From: Chromera velia
Lineage: Eukaryota
Direction: 5' to 3'
NCBI GenBank assembly: GCA_018398765.1
Contig: JAHBMJ010000248.1
Span: 1 to 53,104, forward strand
Length of the DNA: 53,104 nucleotides
This document shows positions 23,937 to 36,240 of this stretch, in pieces. The notes below the pieces were generated by a model, which searched no databases, was not told the origin of the DNA, and worked only from the letters and a program-made list of their open reading frames with translations. The stretch's first letter is position 1. Each line of letters starts with the position of its first letter. A program made the position numbers and the translations under genes.

Positions 23937-23951
23937 TGATTCGTTACTACA

Positions 23952-24987
23952 TGTTCTCTCATACTTCCAAGGCACCGATTAGCCTAAGAAGTCACAAAAT
24001 CGTTGAAGGACTTGTGCGTAAGACTAACTGGATTCCGTTGCGTATAAAAGAGTAGAATAGAATGTTTCTTTCCTGTTTGATTGCTAGTAGTCAGTGCTAA
24101 GCTAGATTGGGAAGCTAGATAAGCTAAGAGGCGGATGATCGAGTTTAAGTGATATTACAGATTTTGTAATCATAAATTACAAAATTTGTAATTCGGTCAA
24201 AAGTTTAGAATTCTGAGTTGTATTCTTAATTCTGAGTACATTTTCGTTGAATTACAAATATTTTATAATTCCTAATTTTTATAATTTGATACAGATTATA
24301 CAATTTATAATTCAATCTGAGTTCCTGATTTACATAATCTGTAATTTCGAATTACACAATCTGTAATTCAGGTTAAATTCCGAAATTATACAATCTATAA
24401 TTCCGAATTATACAATCTGTAATTCGGCCTAAATTCCCCAAATTACACAATCCGTAATTCCGAATTATACAATCTATAATTCGGCCCAAATTCCCAGATT
24501 ACACAATCCGTAATTCCGAATTACACAATCTGTAATTCGGCCTAAACTCCCAAATTACATAATCCGTAATTTTGAATTACACAATATGTAATTCGGCTTA
24601 AACTCTCAGATTACACAATCCGTAATTCCGAATTATACAATCTATAATTCGGCCTAGACTCCCAGATTACATAATCCGTAATTTCAAATTACACAATCTG
24701 TAATTCGGTCTAGACTCTCAAATTACATAATCCGTAATTTCAAATTACACACTCTGTAATTCGGCCTAGACTCACGCTTTTCCGGGCCCCTCGCATGCCT
24801 ATTATTGCTACATTCTTTCCGGGGCCCTGCAGGCCGAGGCCTCCGCCTTGCTAGCTCAGGAGTCTGCCATGCCTTAATACTTCCCTATTCTACTATTGCT
24901 CCTTGCTTCTTTCTGCCTTCGCCATACCCTCCTTACTATCCATCTCTCCAATCACCCCATCCCCACGTCTCCTACTACAACACAATA
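23952..24987. repeat. LTR copy 2, including a second 56-bp tandem array (~24330-24772)
   Basis: Colinear with 16982-18088. Confidence 0.85.
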
Positions 24988-25219
24988 ACCTCAAATTTTG
25001 CTAAACTTTTAAAAAGTGTTTTATTAATTAAGTTATAATACACGCGGATCATCATTTCGGAAAATTGATAATAAATCAATGAAAAACCAATAATTTGTAA
25101 AATCATTTAAAGGAATTTAAAAGAGTTTAGTATAAAAATTTCAAATTCAGAAGAATTTACCAATGAGGTATTCACGCTTGCTCACTCGCTTGCTCGCTTA
25201 CTCACTCGCTCGCATCAAC

Positions 25220-25252
25220 GTACACGCACGCACGCACACACACATACACACA

Positions 25253-25304
<52 letters not shown>

Positions 25305-25343
25305 CACATATGCACGCAGGCACACAGGCATATATGCACGCAG

Positions 25344-25385
<42 letters not shown>

Positions 25386-25455
25386 ACGCACACGCACACG
25401 CACGCAGGTACACAGGCACATATGCACGCAGGCACACAGGCATATATGCACGCAG

Positions 25456-25497
<42 letters not shown>

Positions 25498-25567
25498 ACG
25501 CACACGCACACGCACGCAGGTACACAGGCACATATGCACGCAGGCACACAGGCATATATGCACGCAG

Positions 25568-25600
<33 letters not shown>
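25220..25600. repeat. (CA)n microsatellite with repeated CACAGGCA(C/T)ATATGCACGCAGG blocks
   Basis: Directly visible. Confidence 0.9.
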
Positions 25601-25601
<1 letters not shown>

Positions 25602-26070
25602 GCGTATGCTTTGATTTACTTTGACTGTAAGTTTGACATGTATAGTTGATACCTCCTCAACCAATCCAACGGTGCTTCTGACTGAAATTAATCTGGAGTA
25701 CGATTTTGGGCAGAGCTTCTCAGCCAGGATGAGTGAAATTGAATATGGGGCTGCAATGCTGTTGTGCCTGCCACAAAAGATTCTCACGCCGAATCTCGAA
25801 CAACTTTATGAAAAAAACTTGGTGTCTGCATGGACACGATTTCTGTAACGTCCCACCCAATGGCATCCTCAATCGTCACCATTGAATGGTTGCTTCCTTC
25901 CCCAGTCCATATGCATTCAGCAGTGCTCTGTCTAGCTCTCCTCATATGCACGGTGGTTGACCTACCTGCCAGTGATACAAATATATTTTCATTGGCGCGA
26001 TAGAATTGCTCCATACCGTCGCCTTCCTTGTTGTCTCCGGAACGCTGACCTAGAGAGCTCACGCTGACAA

Positions 26071-26617
26071 TCAGGCTCCGGGCACCCCAGGGCCTCCTGG
26101 GTCCTCCCGGTCGTCCCCCGGATCCACTCCCCCGTCTCCCCCCTTCCACAGGCGCTCCGCCTGATCCCGCGCTTCGACTAAGTCTTCCCCGAATTCACTG
26201 GGACCGACAGGAACGCAGCTCAACTCGGATATGTAATCCAACCCATTCTTCTCAGCGAAGCAAACTTTCCCCACTTTATACTTGCACGATCGCTTTGCAT
26301 CTGCCGTCGCGAACTGAAAACTGTCTGAATACCAGTGGTTTAAGGTGGCAACAGGGTCACATAACTTTTTTTCAGCCTGAAGGGGACAACTCGTACTCGT
26401 GACCGTTCGCGCACCTCACCCATCCGAAGCATACAGCTTTTGTGTACAGAAACTCAGTCTGTCGCTGCTCGAGCACTGAGGTGGGCGAGCTTCCGCTCTC
26501 AGAGGGGGCCCTGTGGAGAGCCCGTCTCAGCGTCTCTGCAGGGACCTCTCGCACTCCTGCTAGAATACCCAAAACAAAAAGCACAATTGTCCAAGAAGAA
26601 GGATTCACGCCCCACAT
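26071..26617 (-). pseudogene. Possible disrupted gene for a small secreted Cys-containing protein
   Basis: Signal-peptide-like MWGVNPSSWTIVLFVLGILAG; TGA at 26374-26372 followed by an A-run frameshift into a frame continuing KLCDPV..SCKYKVGKVC..LSCVPV. Confidence 0.3.
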
Positions 26618-27858
26618 CGTCAGGAGATAGATCCTCTCCAGTCCTACCAGAGTACCCGACAGGGCTCGGGGACAGTTTCTATTTCGATTGGTGTGTGGAT
26701 ATGGTGAACAGGATGTTGATTCAGGAGGACTGTCACGCCTCGCCTCGCTTTCTGTTCTTTCCCGTATGGAGTGCTTGACAATTGACGACTCGATGAACCG
26801 CTGCAGAAGCTGGTAACAACTCCTTTCAAGGGGATATCAGGTCATACAGGCCTAATGCTCTGGTCTATTATATATATATACTCGATCAATAAATTGTGCA
26901 TTGCATGCATGCTGCATGTATCGAGACGTGCATGTGCCATGGAGCACCGAAATCCAACAGTACAATTTTATTAATTAACAAGCCAGATCGCGCGCGCCTT
27001 GCGCGCAAAAGTAAGTCTGGCACAGCGGATCGGCTTATGCGGTGGCAGTAAGAAACTTCGGCTCCTTTACTCAAGTGCACGACTTTCCGCTAAAAGTGCA
27101 ACATTTTTTCTCATTTTTTGTAAAGACTCGTACGGCAGGTTGGGGGGGTGACGGAATATTCTGAATAAATTGAAAGAATTAGAAAATTATATTGCGGCAT
27201 TAAAGTTAAGGCACTCACCTTTAAGCCTAAAAGTTTAAGCTAGCTTATACGTTTGCGAAGCCTTTCAAGACATTCACCTTTTAAACTCCATTGCTGATCG
27301 ATAAAAAGACACTGACAGCTTATATACTGACTAACTAAGAAATTAAGTACATACGTGTACGTGCTTTGCACGTACAGGTGCAGAATTAGTTATATGGTCA
27401 ATGTATTCAAAGCTATTCATGGTCAATCATACATTAAATAGTCATTATGCAGGGTAACCGCCATACTACTAGCTGAAGACAGACTTCTAGCCATTTCTAG
27501 CTTACAGCAAATAGCTTTCATGATTTGTACAAATTCGAATCATTAAGAACTTTAAAACATCCTTAAGGCCGCAGAAGACGGAGGTGTGAGAAGGAGTAAA
27601 AGCCTTGCAAGGTCTTTTTATAGCCTGAGTCTCTACTAGCTGAGTCTTTTGATATTTATTTCACAACCTTAAATTTTGTGACAAACTGAACCTTAATTTG
27701 TATTCCTGTAGCAGGTTTTGCTCAGTCTGCTGTTTAAAAAGCATAGAGAGAGGCACGCATACGCTAAGCGGCGTACGGTGCCGCATACCAGATAGTGTCA
27801 GAGAATACGAAATAACGCGAGTAGTCAAAAAACCTGGATATACACTCTTTGAACAACC

Positions 27859-29505
27859 CTAGTCCTCATACTAAAAAATTCTTAAAAAAAAAAAAAACGG
27901 GAGGCCTATTTTTTTTTTTTTTAGAATTTTACATAACTAAAGCACTTCAGCTAGGTCTTCAGAGGTCTGCAGAGGGCACCCATATAAATTTAAAAATAGA
28001 ATAAGTTAAGATGCTTGTAAAGTATATTTTTTTAAAAACATGTATATACACTAAAACCTATAGTCCGTTTCACTTCTTTTTTAGTTTTTTTTTTCTCTTT
28101 AACACTGCTGTCTGCGGAGGTCTCTTGCTTCTCCTTCATCTCTTCAGTCACCCCTACCCTCACTTTTCTGTAACGCTGTCCAAGCTCAAGCGCGGCATCA
28201 TTTTTTAATTCGGCTCTCTCATGAACACATGAAGAAAGGAAATGTCTAATGTCTATTCATGGCTATACGTTGTTGAGCACGTGGGCAAACACTACAATGA
28301 AGTCCTGTTTGCCGTCAAGATTAAGGCCATCTCTAACACAAAGTCCCCTTAGGCTACCATCATGTTCACGTACAAGTCTGCTTCCAGAGGCTGTATAAAG
28401 AAGTTGCCTGACTCCCGGAGTGTTTTATAGAAAACGAAGCTCCGCGCTCAGCGCAGCAAGATCAAGGACACCATCTTTAGATCTAGTACCGACTGCTTCA
28501 AGATCAAAAATGCGATGAAGGGATACATTTAGAGACTGGTGGACATGTTTTGCCGCGGTACTAAGTGAGAATGTAGTCTTATCAGTTTTGCTTGCGTTTA
28601 GGCCTTCTCGCTTTCGCCCATATTTTGGCTTTTTCCTTCCGTTTCTTTTGTTTGTGGCCTGGGGCTTCTTAGTTTTTAGTCTTATTAAGCCCAGCCAATT
28701 TTGCCCTTTCTTTCTGCCCCCCTGCGGTCGTTTTTGAGTGAGTGGGGGATGGAATGAATGATTTTCAGGGATGGATGAAGTTATGGAGTGAGAAGGGATG
28801 AATGCTAGGGATGTGGATAGATGGGTGGATGAATGAAGTCATGGAGAGTGAGGAGAGATTGATGCTGATCGATGGATGGATGGATGCATGGAGTTATAGA
28901 GAGTGAGGAGGGATAGTTACGTCTCGTTTCATCTCTTTGTATCTCTTTTTCTGTTTTTTTCTGATCGAGTGAGGATAGATGGATGGATGGATGGATGACC
29001 AGGTGGATGGGTGGATGGATGGATGAACCGGCAGGAGGGAGTCACTGTGGTCCGGAGTGGTCTTTTCGGACAGCAAGCAAGCAGCAGGCGCCAGCGCAAG
29101 CTACACTGGCAGGAAGATGGTTCCGTCTCGTTCCATCCTGACAATTGAATCAGAAGTGGTGCATGTATCTTTCGACAGTACGTAATAATCTTTTGGTTAC
29201 TCTTCGTAGCTAGCTAGCTTTGTAGTACTCTTCTCGTCGTAAAGAGAGTTCGATCCAATGTAGGACAGTGTTATGTCAAGTCACATCATGTCTGCATGAT
29301 GATTATTACTTTACTTCCTATAGTTTGCTTCTTTATTTCCATCAATCATTCTAGTAATCATTCTACTAGAGTAATTAAACTAAACTGATATAAATTTAAA
29401 GTCTAGTTTAAAGTTCATTTTGATTTTATTCTGAAATTCTAAAATTAAAAAAAAAAAAAATGAGGTCCTTAATTTTTTTTTTTAATTTTTTAGTGCAGGG
29501 CCTAG
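27859..29505. mobile_element. Decayed TIR element (~1.65 kb) with CTAG ends, containing a degenerate Lys-rich frame (28176-28568) and a (TGGA)n tract (~28750-29025)
   Basis: Left CCTAGTCCTCATACTAAAAAA..TAGAATTTTACATAA versus reverse complement of right end CCTAGGCCCTGCACTAAAAAA..TAGAATTTCAGAATAA. Confidence 0.5.
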
Positions 29506-29708
29506 GAACGACCTACATAAGAAGTTCTACAAGCTAGTCTGCGAGCTTCTAAGAAAAAGAGAGAAGTGATGAGACTGCTTCTGTTATGATCAGTTGGTGG
29601 AACCTAGGGTCGAACTGTTACTCTGCTGATCGGATATCCTTAGATATCATTTGGTTTTACACTTAGTAGGTTTCACACCCACAGTTTTACACTATTTTTC
29701 ATTAATTT

Positions 29709-30100
29709 CTAGGCTTGGATTCAATATATACATATATATATCTTTAGACTTTCCCTAATATAATAATATAAATATAATATAATATGATATAACATCTATA
29801 TAAATTTGTCCGTGTTTGTCTTTCTTTCCCTCGTAATTCAACCCTAGATTCAACCATATCTTTCATCTGGACAGAGCAACGTCCCGCTGAATCCTTTTCA
29901 AAAACCGCCTTATCAACTAAAGAGATGCGTTATTATCAGATTTTGTAGGCCGGATCTTCATTCTCTAACTCATCTCCTCCAACCGAATCTTTATCTTCCC
30001 ATATTCAACTTATATTAAGTTTACATTATATTATATTATATTACATTATATTATATTAGCGTTTTATCTGAAATATAATATATATTGAATCCGAGCCTAG
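29709..30100. mobile_element. MITE with 20-bp TIRs CTAGGCT(T/C)GGATTCAATATA
   Basis: 19/20 inverted match; subterminal (AATAT)n and (ATATT)n tracts are also inverted. Confidence 0.75.
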
Positions 30101-30733
30101 ATTAATTTAATAATAAACTAATTGTACTAAATGCATAATTAAATTATTGAATCATATACAAGTGTTTGGTGTATGATAAGTCAGGCATAATCAAAAACAA
30201 GAAGCTAAAACAATTCAGCAAGTTTAATTTTCAAATTCAAAGTACGCCGTTGTGCTCAATAGAGTTACGATTTTATAGGTATGTATCTTAAGATACATGT
30301 GCTAATGCGTTCAGGCTTGCCACAAGTTGCTAGTAAGGAAATACTGTAACCGCTCAGGCTGCTTGAACTACAGGCTTTCATACATTCAACGCGGTGAGCA
30401 GAATTAAAGAGTGAATGATCAGAAATATAAGAGTCACCCTAGGAGTCACCAGTCGATTCCATCGGACAACTTCCGATTCCGGTGCGGCCGGCGGCGGTGC
30501 CTTGCGAACTAGCTTGCGAATCATGATCGAACTCCTTGGCCAATGAGTGATCAGGATGTACAACGTAGCCACTTCAGTCATCAACAAATCAGGCATCCGT
30601 GAGAATGATGGCAACTCAATCCATCCTTACTCTTGCATGCAAGGTCGCTGTGTCTGTGAAGCCAGCGCTCATGACTGAGAAGGAAGAGTGAGGCAGCCGT
30701 CCGGCGATTATACTGTGATTTATACATGATCAG

Positions 30734-32979
30734 TCATTGCCCTTGACTCTCGGAGCCCGACCCTCTCTGTACCTGTTGCAAGGTGCGCAGCTGAAGAAAG
30801 AGCTGATTGCGGAGACTTGCGCACTTGCTGAGGTAGTCTTGCAGGAGGGCGCGCTGACCTGTCGAACCGCATGAGGAGGGAGGCTCGAGGGGGCTCCGAC
30901 TGCCTTGCAGAGAAGGTGGAGCAACAGCTGCACTTTCATTCTTTTTGGGGTCTTCTCTTTTCCCGCGTTCTCTTTCCCTCTCTCCTCCATGTTTTTGAAC
31001 GACGCCTGCTTGATTGGCAGGTGAAAAAGATGAAGTGATCTGGCTGCCCTCCCGAATCTGTGCAGGCACCGAGTCAACGTCTCGACAAAGGATGGTTTTT
31101 TGAGTTCCGTGCGAGTCTGTCAGCTGGACTTTGCACACATCGGGAAAGTCCTCCTCTTTTCTTCGGCACACGGACTCACTGTTAGCCACTGACTCTTCCC
31201 GAGAAGCCCCCAAAGCTGTCCTAGAACGCCCCGACGGCACACTGGATGAATATCTTCTCTCTCCTGAGAAATAGGGGGGAGAGGAGGGGGGCTGTTGGTT
31301 CTCTCTTTCTCGATGCGAAAGGACGAGAGAGTCATCCAGAGAGCGTCCGTCCTCCGCCTTCGCTCCCCGCGCTCTCGTAGTTTGTCCACCCTCTGTGGGA
31401 GGGCTCGGGGAGGGGGGGGGTTCTTCTGTGATTCGGACGGGAGGTGAGGGGGTTGCTTCCGTTTGTTCGGTTTCCTTTGAGGCGTACCTGTCTGATCGGT
31501 GCTTGCGTGGGCTCTTTGCCGGTCCCGGCGGTCTTCTTCGATTCTGACCAGCATTCTTCTTTCTTCTCTGCCGAGGAGATGGGAGAGGAGATGGCATGGC
31601 AACCTCTGTTTCTTCTGGCACTGAATTGGATATGCGTGGATGTTTTTCGTTTCCGTCATGGACGGCAAGGGGGTTGCGGGGGCTCCTCGATCCCCTTTCT
31701 CTTCCCATGCGCGAGGGGGAAGAAACGTTTCTCCTGGAAGAGAAGAGAGAGTTCCTGGACGTCTGTCTGGGGGTTGTCGGAGAGAGAGGGGCAGTGGAAT
31801 GACGTCGAACGGGCGATTCTGGTGATCTTCTGTCTAACCCTAGTCCCTCCCTGTCCTTTTCGGTGTCGTTGTTCCCTCTCCGCCTTCCTGTGAAGGGGTT
31901 TGATGCGTCTCGAGGAGAGGGCCCAAAACAGTAGGAGGAACTTGCTTGAGATCGTGCTGCAATGGAAGGGGAAGCACAGATAGACGGTGAAAAGGAATTT
32001 CAAACGCAGGCCACCGAGGAATCAAAGCGGGAGGGGAAATCGGATGAATGGTCACAGAAATCTGTCTGACCTTCGTGGGGAAACACAGGAAGGAGAATTG
32101 GTCTCCGCTGTGTGGGAAGAGATGAGGTGCCTTTGAAGCGGAAAGCGTTCACAAGGATTCAACTAGATCATGCACTATACGAAGCGCACAAAAACTGGAT
32201 GCGACGTGGAAGGGGGGAAAAAAAGAACGAGCACTCAGGGAAAAAAATGCGACCCCCGAAAAGGCCCACCTTTTGCAATCCGAGCAGCGTCTGCCGCATC
32301 GCTAAATTTTCTATACGTCTTGTAGTAGGAGGCGGAAATTCTCGTCCCCTGTCCAGTAAGGACGCCTCCTAGACTGCCGTCTCCCCCCTCTACCCCTTCT
32401 GGCTGATCCCCCCCTCCAAACTGATTCATCACCCCTGCTGCAGATTGACTGGAGGACTCCCGCTCCCTGATCCTGCTTGCACGTGCGTTGGCAAGTCTGG
32501 ACACAAAGGCTTCTCTCGCCTGCGGGTCAAGGGACGAGAAATAAAAGTGAAAGAAGAACAGACGAATGATATGCAGGCCTTCAGAGATGAGCCATGATTT
32601 CTTCAGGGAAGAAGTTTGATCCCTCATTGGATTGGAGAAGAGAAGGGGAAAGAAGAAAAGAGCGGAGGAGAGCAATACCGAAGACCCCAAGGGAGGCTTG
32701 AGAAGAACTTTACAGTCAGATGAACGACCGAATCTATACAGCGCAGTACGAAAAGCCCACGGATTCTTCTTGACTTTCACCCACGAGGTCATGAGAAAAC
32801 AAGGAAGCCGTACAATTCACTAAACACGCACAGACAGAGGAGCACATGGCGCGAGAGCACATGGCTGTTTTTAGAGACGCGCACATACACATACAGAGAT
32901 AGATAGATACATACATACATACATATGGCGCGAGAGCACATGGCTGTTTTTACAGACGCGCACATACACATACATAGAT

Positions 32980-33017
<38 letters not shown>

Positions 33018-35078
33018 TCACACACACACTCACTCACTCACAGACACACACACACACACACACAGAGAGAGAGATACATACATACATACATACATACCCA
33101 CACGGGCACACATACATCCACACAGACGCACACATACATACAGACACACACACACACACACACACACATACATATATACATATATACATACACTTAGAGA
33201 CAGAACGCACGAGACGAAACCTCACCAGACAGGAGGGAGCGACGACAAGGGCGGCAGCAATTAATTGAATGACAGAAATAACGAAGAAAGTTTTGAAAAA
33301 ACGAGCGAACACATAAATCAATCAATGAATGAACGAAGGAAGGGAATCAGGCCTGTCCCACTCACCGCTTTGGCTCGAGCGTTCCGAGCTGGAGATCTGT
33401 TTGCTCTCTCTCTTTCTCTTGCGGTCTTCGTTTCCTTTGCTTTTATGTTCACTCCTTCTTTCGCTTGTTGAACTTTTCTTGGAGATTCCCTTTCACTCGG
33501 TTTCTCTTTCTCTTTCCCTCCTGCTTCTTCGTTTCGCATTTCTGTCTCCTTCTCTTTCTCTGAAGGTTGCGGGTTTTCCGAAACATTGTCAGGCGGGGAA
33601 GACAAAAGGTTTTGGCTGTCTGTACGATCGGCCTGTGGTGGCTCTGTGAGTCTTTTGGAAAGCGGGCTTTTGGGAGAGGTCGGAATAGGACTGGGAGAGG
33701 TGCGAGTGCGCACATAGCAGAGAAGGCCTGTGTTCGACACCATCCTGTTGAGATAAGAACTGTCCGGATTTATTTGCCTCTCCGTTGTGCTTCTTGTCCT
33801 TGTTTTTCTGTTGATGACTTCGGCACTCGAGGTGTCCCTGTCCTGTGCTCTTCTTGTGATTGGAAACCTGAATTGTTTCGGTGTTGTGCTTTCGGGGATG
33901 TTCCTTGATTTGGTGGAAGGGGAAACTTGAGTGGCAAGCATTTTGGAAGGAAATTGGGGAATCTGATTCTTTTGCCTGCTGTGCCTGTCTGTCGACAAAC
34001 TTGCTGGTCTTTCTTTGAAATTTGAATTAATTTGGGGAGACGAGGGCAGGCTCTTCCTTCTGCTGCGCTTGTTCTCATTGCAGCCCTCTGAGGCCGGGTC
34101 CTGTTTCCTGACGTCACCTTCTTTCTCATTCTCATTTTCTTTTGCACTCTGGCTCTCCACCGAGGAATTGTGCAGAGAGGGAGAAGGACAGGGAGAGGGC
34201 CAACGAGGACATTCGGACGCCTCCAGCTTTCTCTGTGTGGATCCCTCTGTTTCAGTTGGGGAAGATGAAACTCTGCTTGCCCCTTGAGAGACGGCATCTG
34301 AGTCTTCCGGCGTCGATGAAGACCTCTCTTTGTGGTCAATTGGGGCAGCCCCTGGAAAAGTGGTCACTAAACCGATCCGATTGGTTTTGGGACCTTTTGT
34401 TTCTCCCCCTTGACTGGATTTTGATTTTGTGGGAGCTGTAGAACCTTCTCCCTGACTCGAGATGGATTCCTGGTGATGGACTGATGGCCTCGGACTGATT
34501 CGAAAAGAGGACACGAGTCGGCCTGTAGACCTGGTCCTGTGCTGTTGTGGTGCCGGGGTGAAGCGGTCGGTCGGTCTTTTGTGAGCATGTCTTGTCGTTT
34601 GGGAATTTCTTGGCACCTGAATGTCGCTATTAATATTAGAGTGCGCAGCATGCGGTAGAGAGGAGCAGCAAGAAGAGAAAGAAGGGGAAGAAAATTGAGG
34701 ATTGCGGAATACTCGGTCCTCCCCAGCTTCTTTCTGTGCACCTCCCTCTCTCTGTTGGAGGTCCTGCACAGCAAGCTGGAGAGGCGCGAAGTTCGGGCCC
34801 CAGAGTTTCATCTGCACAAGTCTCTGCAAGACGATCCTCTCTTGTTCGATGGACAGACGAGCCTCTGGAAAAAGAGAGGGCGATTGCGATTGAGTGGAAG
34901 AAGATGGGATTGCGCATTGCTCAGGCACTCCAGAGGAGGAGCAGGAGGAGGACTTGGTGTCCATTCTGACGACTGTGACTGTGGTAGGGGTTGAGGAGGG
35001 AAGACCAGATCTGAAGCTCATTCCGTCCTCAGGATGAACGGTCACGCCCCTGTTGTGTCTTCCAGGAGCCGCACTCAT
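30734..35078 (-). CDS. Hypothetical Ser/Arg/Pro-rich low-complexity protein, multi-exon; exon structure uncertain and possibly disrupted
   Basis: Long ORF from ATG 35078 to a GTGAGT donor at 33365; further open blocks ~32235-32520 and 30734-32070, the latter with an in-frame TGA at 32002-32000. Confidence 0.45.
32870..33195. repeat. (CA)n/(CATA)n intronic microsatellite
   Basis: Directly visible. Confidence 0.9.
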
Positions 35079-35933
35079 CAGCCGCCTCTCTATTGGACAC
35101 TCCACGAAGGGGAAACGCGCAAGTAGACCTTATACAAGAGGATCGAGTTGGTTCACTGGATGCCTCAATTAGGATCCGATAGGTCGTACTGTTGCCGAGT
35201 AAGTCGTGCCAAAGAAATCGACAAGCATGCACTTGCCAAAGAAAAGGATCAGGTGGAGTCCTGTACGAGAGAGGGGCGTCTGATGCTACCGTGCTCTACA
35301 CTCTGGACTTCAGGTAGATCGATCAAACTTCATCAAACTATATATAGCTCTGCAGCCTCTGCTTGCATGCATGTACTAGTTCCGAATCCAGGCCGGAGGA
35401 AACTTATTTTAAACATGCACGTACGGGTGTAAACTCTTCTCTTTTTTCGCGCGAAATGCGCGCCCATCCGCATGAATTCAGCTTTCGGGACAATCGATTT
35501 TCTGTGGATTTTTCAAGCTTTCTCCTTCGCGCAGCGTCACAAAACTGGAGTTTTTTTGAATTAATTCAATGCCTTCTGACACTTGCGGCGCAAAAAAGGA
35601 AAAAAAAAACGCATTTTTTCGATCGACGGATTAAAAAAAAAAATGCATGCATGCATGCAAGCATTTTACTCAGTGCTTGCAGCACAACACTTGAACAACA
35701 GGAACATTGTAAGCAAACAACCCCTTTATATATACCGGCAAAGAAGGGGTGCACAGAAGCAAGGAAGCTCGTGCGGGAGGTTGCCAACTTGAAAGACTCG
35801 TTCACTTTTCATGGGGCCCGATCACCCACCTTCTCGGGGTTTTGCTTGTTGTCTCTCTGTTCTTCGCTGTTGCATCTCAGGTCCAGTCGTTGTTGAATAC
35901 ATGTGAGTCACTTTATCCTCCAGCCGCTAGAAG

Positions 35934-36202
35934 ATGTCCAAGAAGAGTGCACCAAAGTACGTCATTCCGGTGAAGAAGGTACCGGTTGACTTTGATACTT
36001 TCAAAGACATCTGCTTTGCCAACCTTCGCAATGAGATTGCCCACACACCAGATCGGAATACAAGAATCAAGGTTTTAAAGGAAACGCTTCACTGGCTGGG
36101 CGACCACAAATCAACATTCGAGGGTCAGTCATCATGACTTCATGTATCGCCAGGCGAATGGAATGTCCATCCTTACGTATTACCGCTCTATTTGAATGCT
36201 TG

Positions 36203-36240
<38 letters not shown>

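Larger units (their letters stand above)
16982..24987 (-). mobile_element. ~8 kb non-autonomous LTR retroelement (LARD-like), no recognisable gag/pol
   Basis: Direct repeats 16982-18088 and 23952-24987 with ends TGTT...AATA; 4-bp TSD ACCT (16978-16981, 24988-24991); minus-strand purine tract GAGTAGGGGGGAC abutting the left LTR. Confidence 0.7.
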
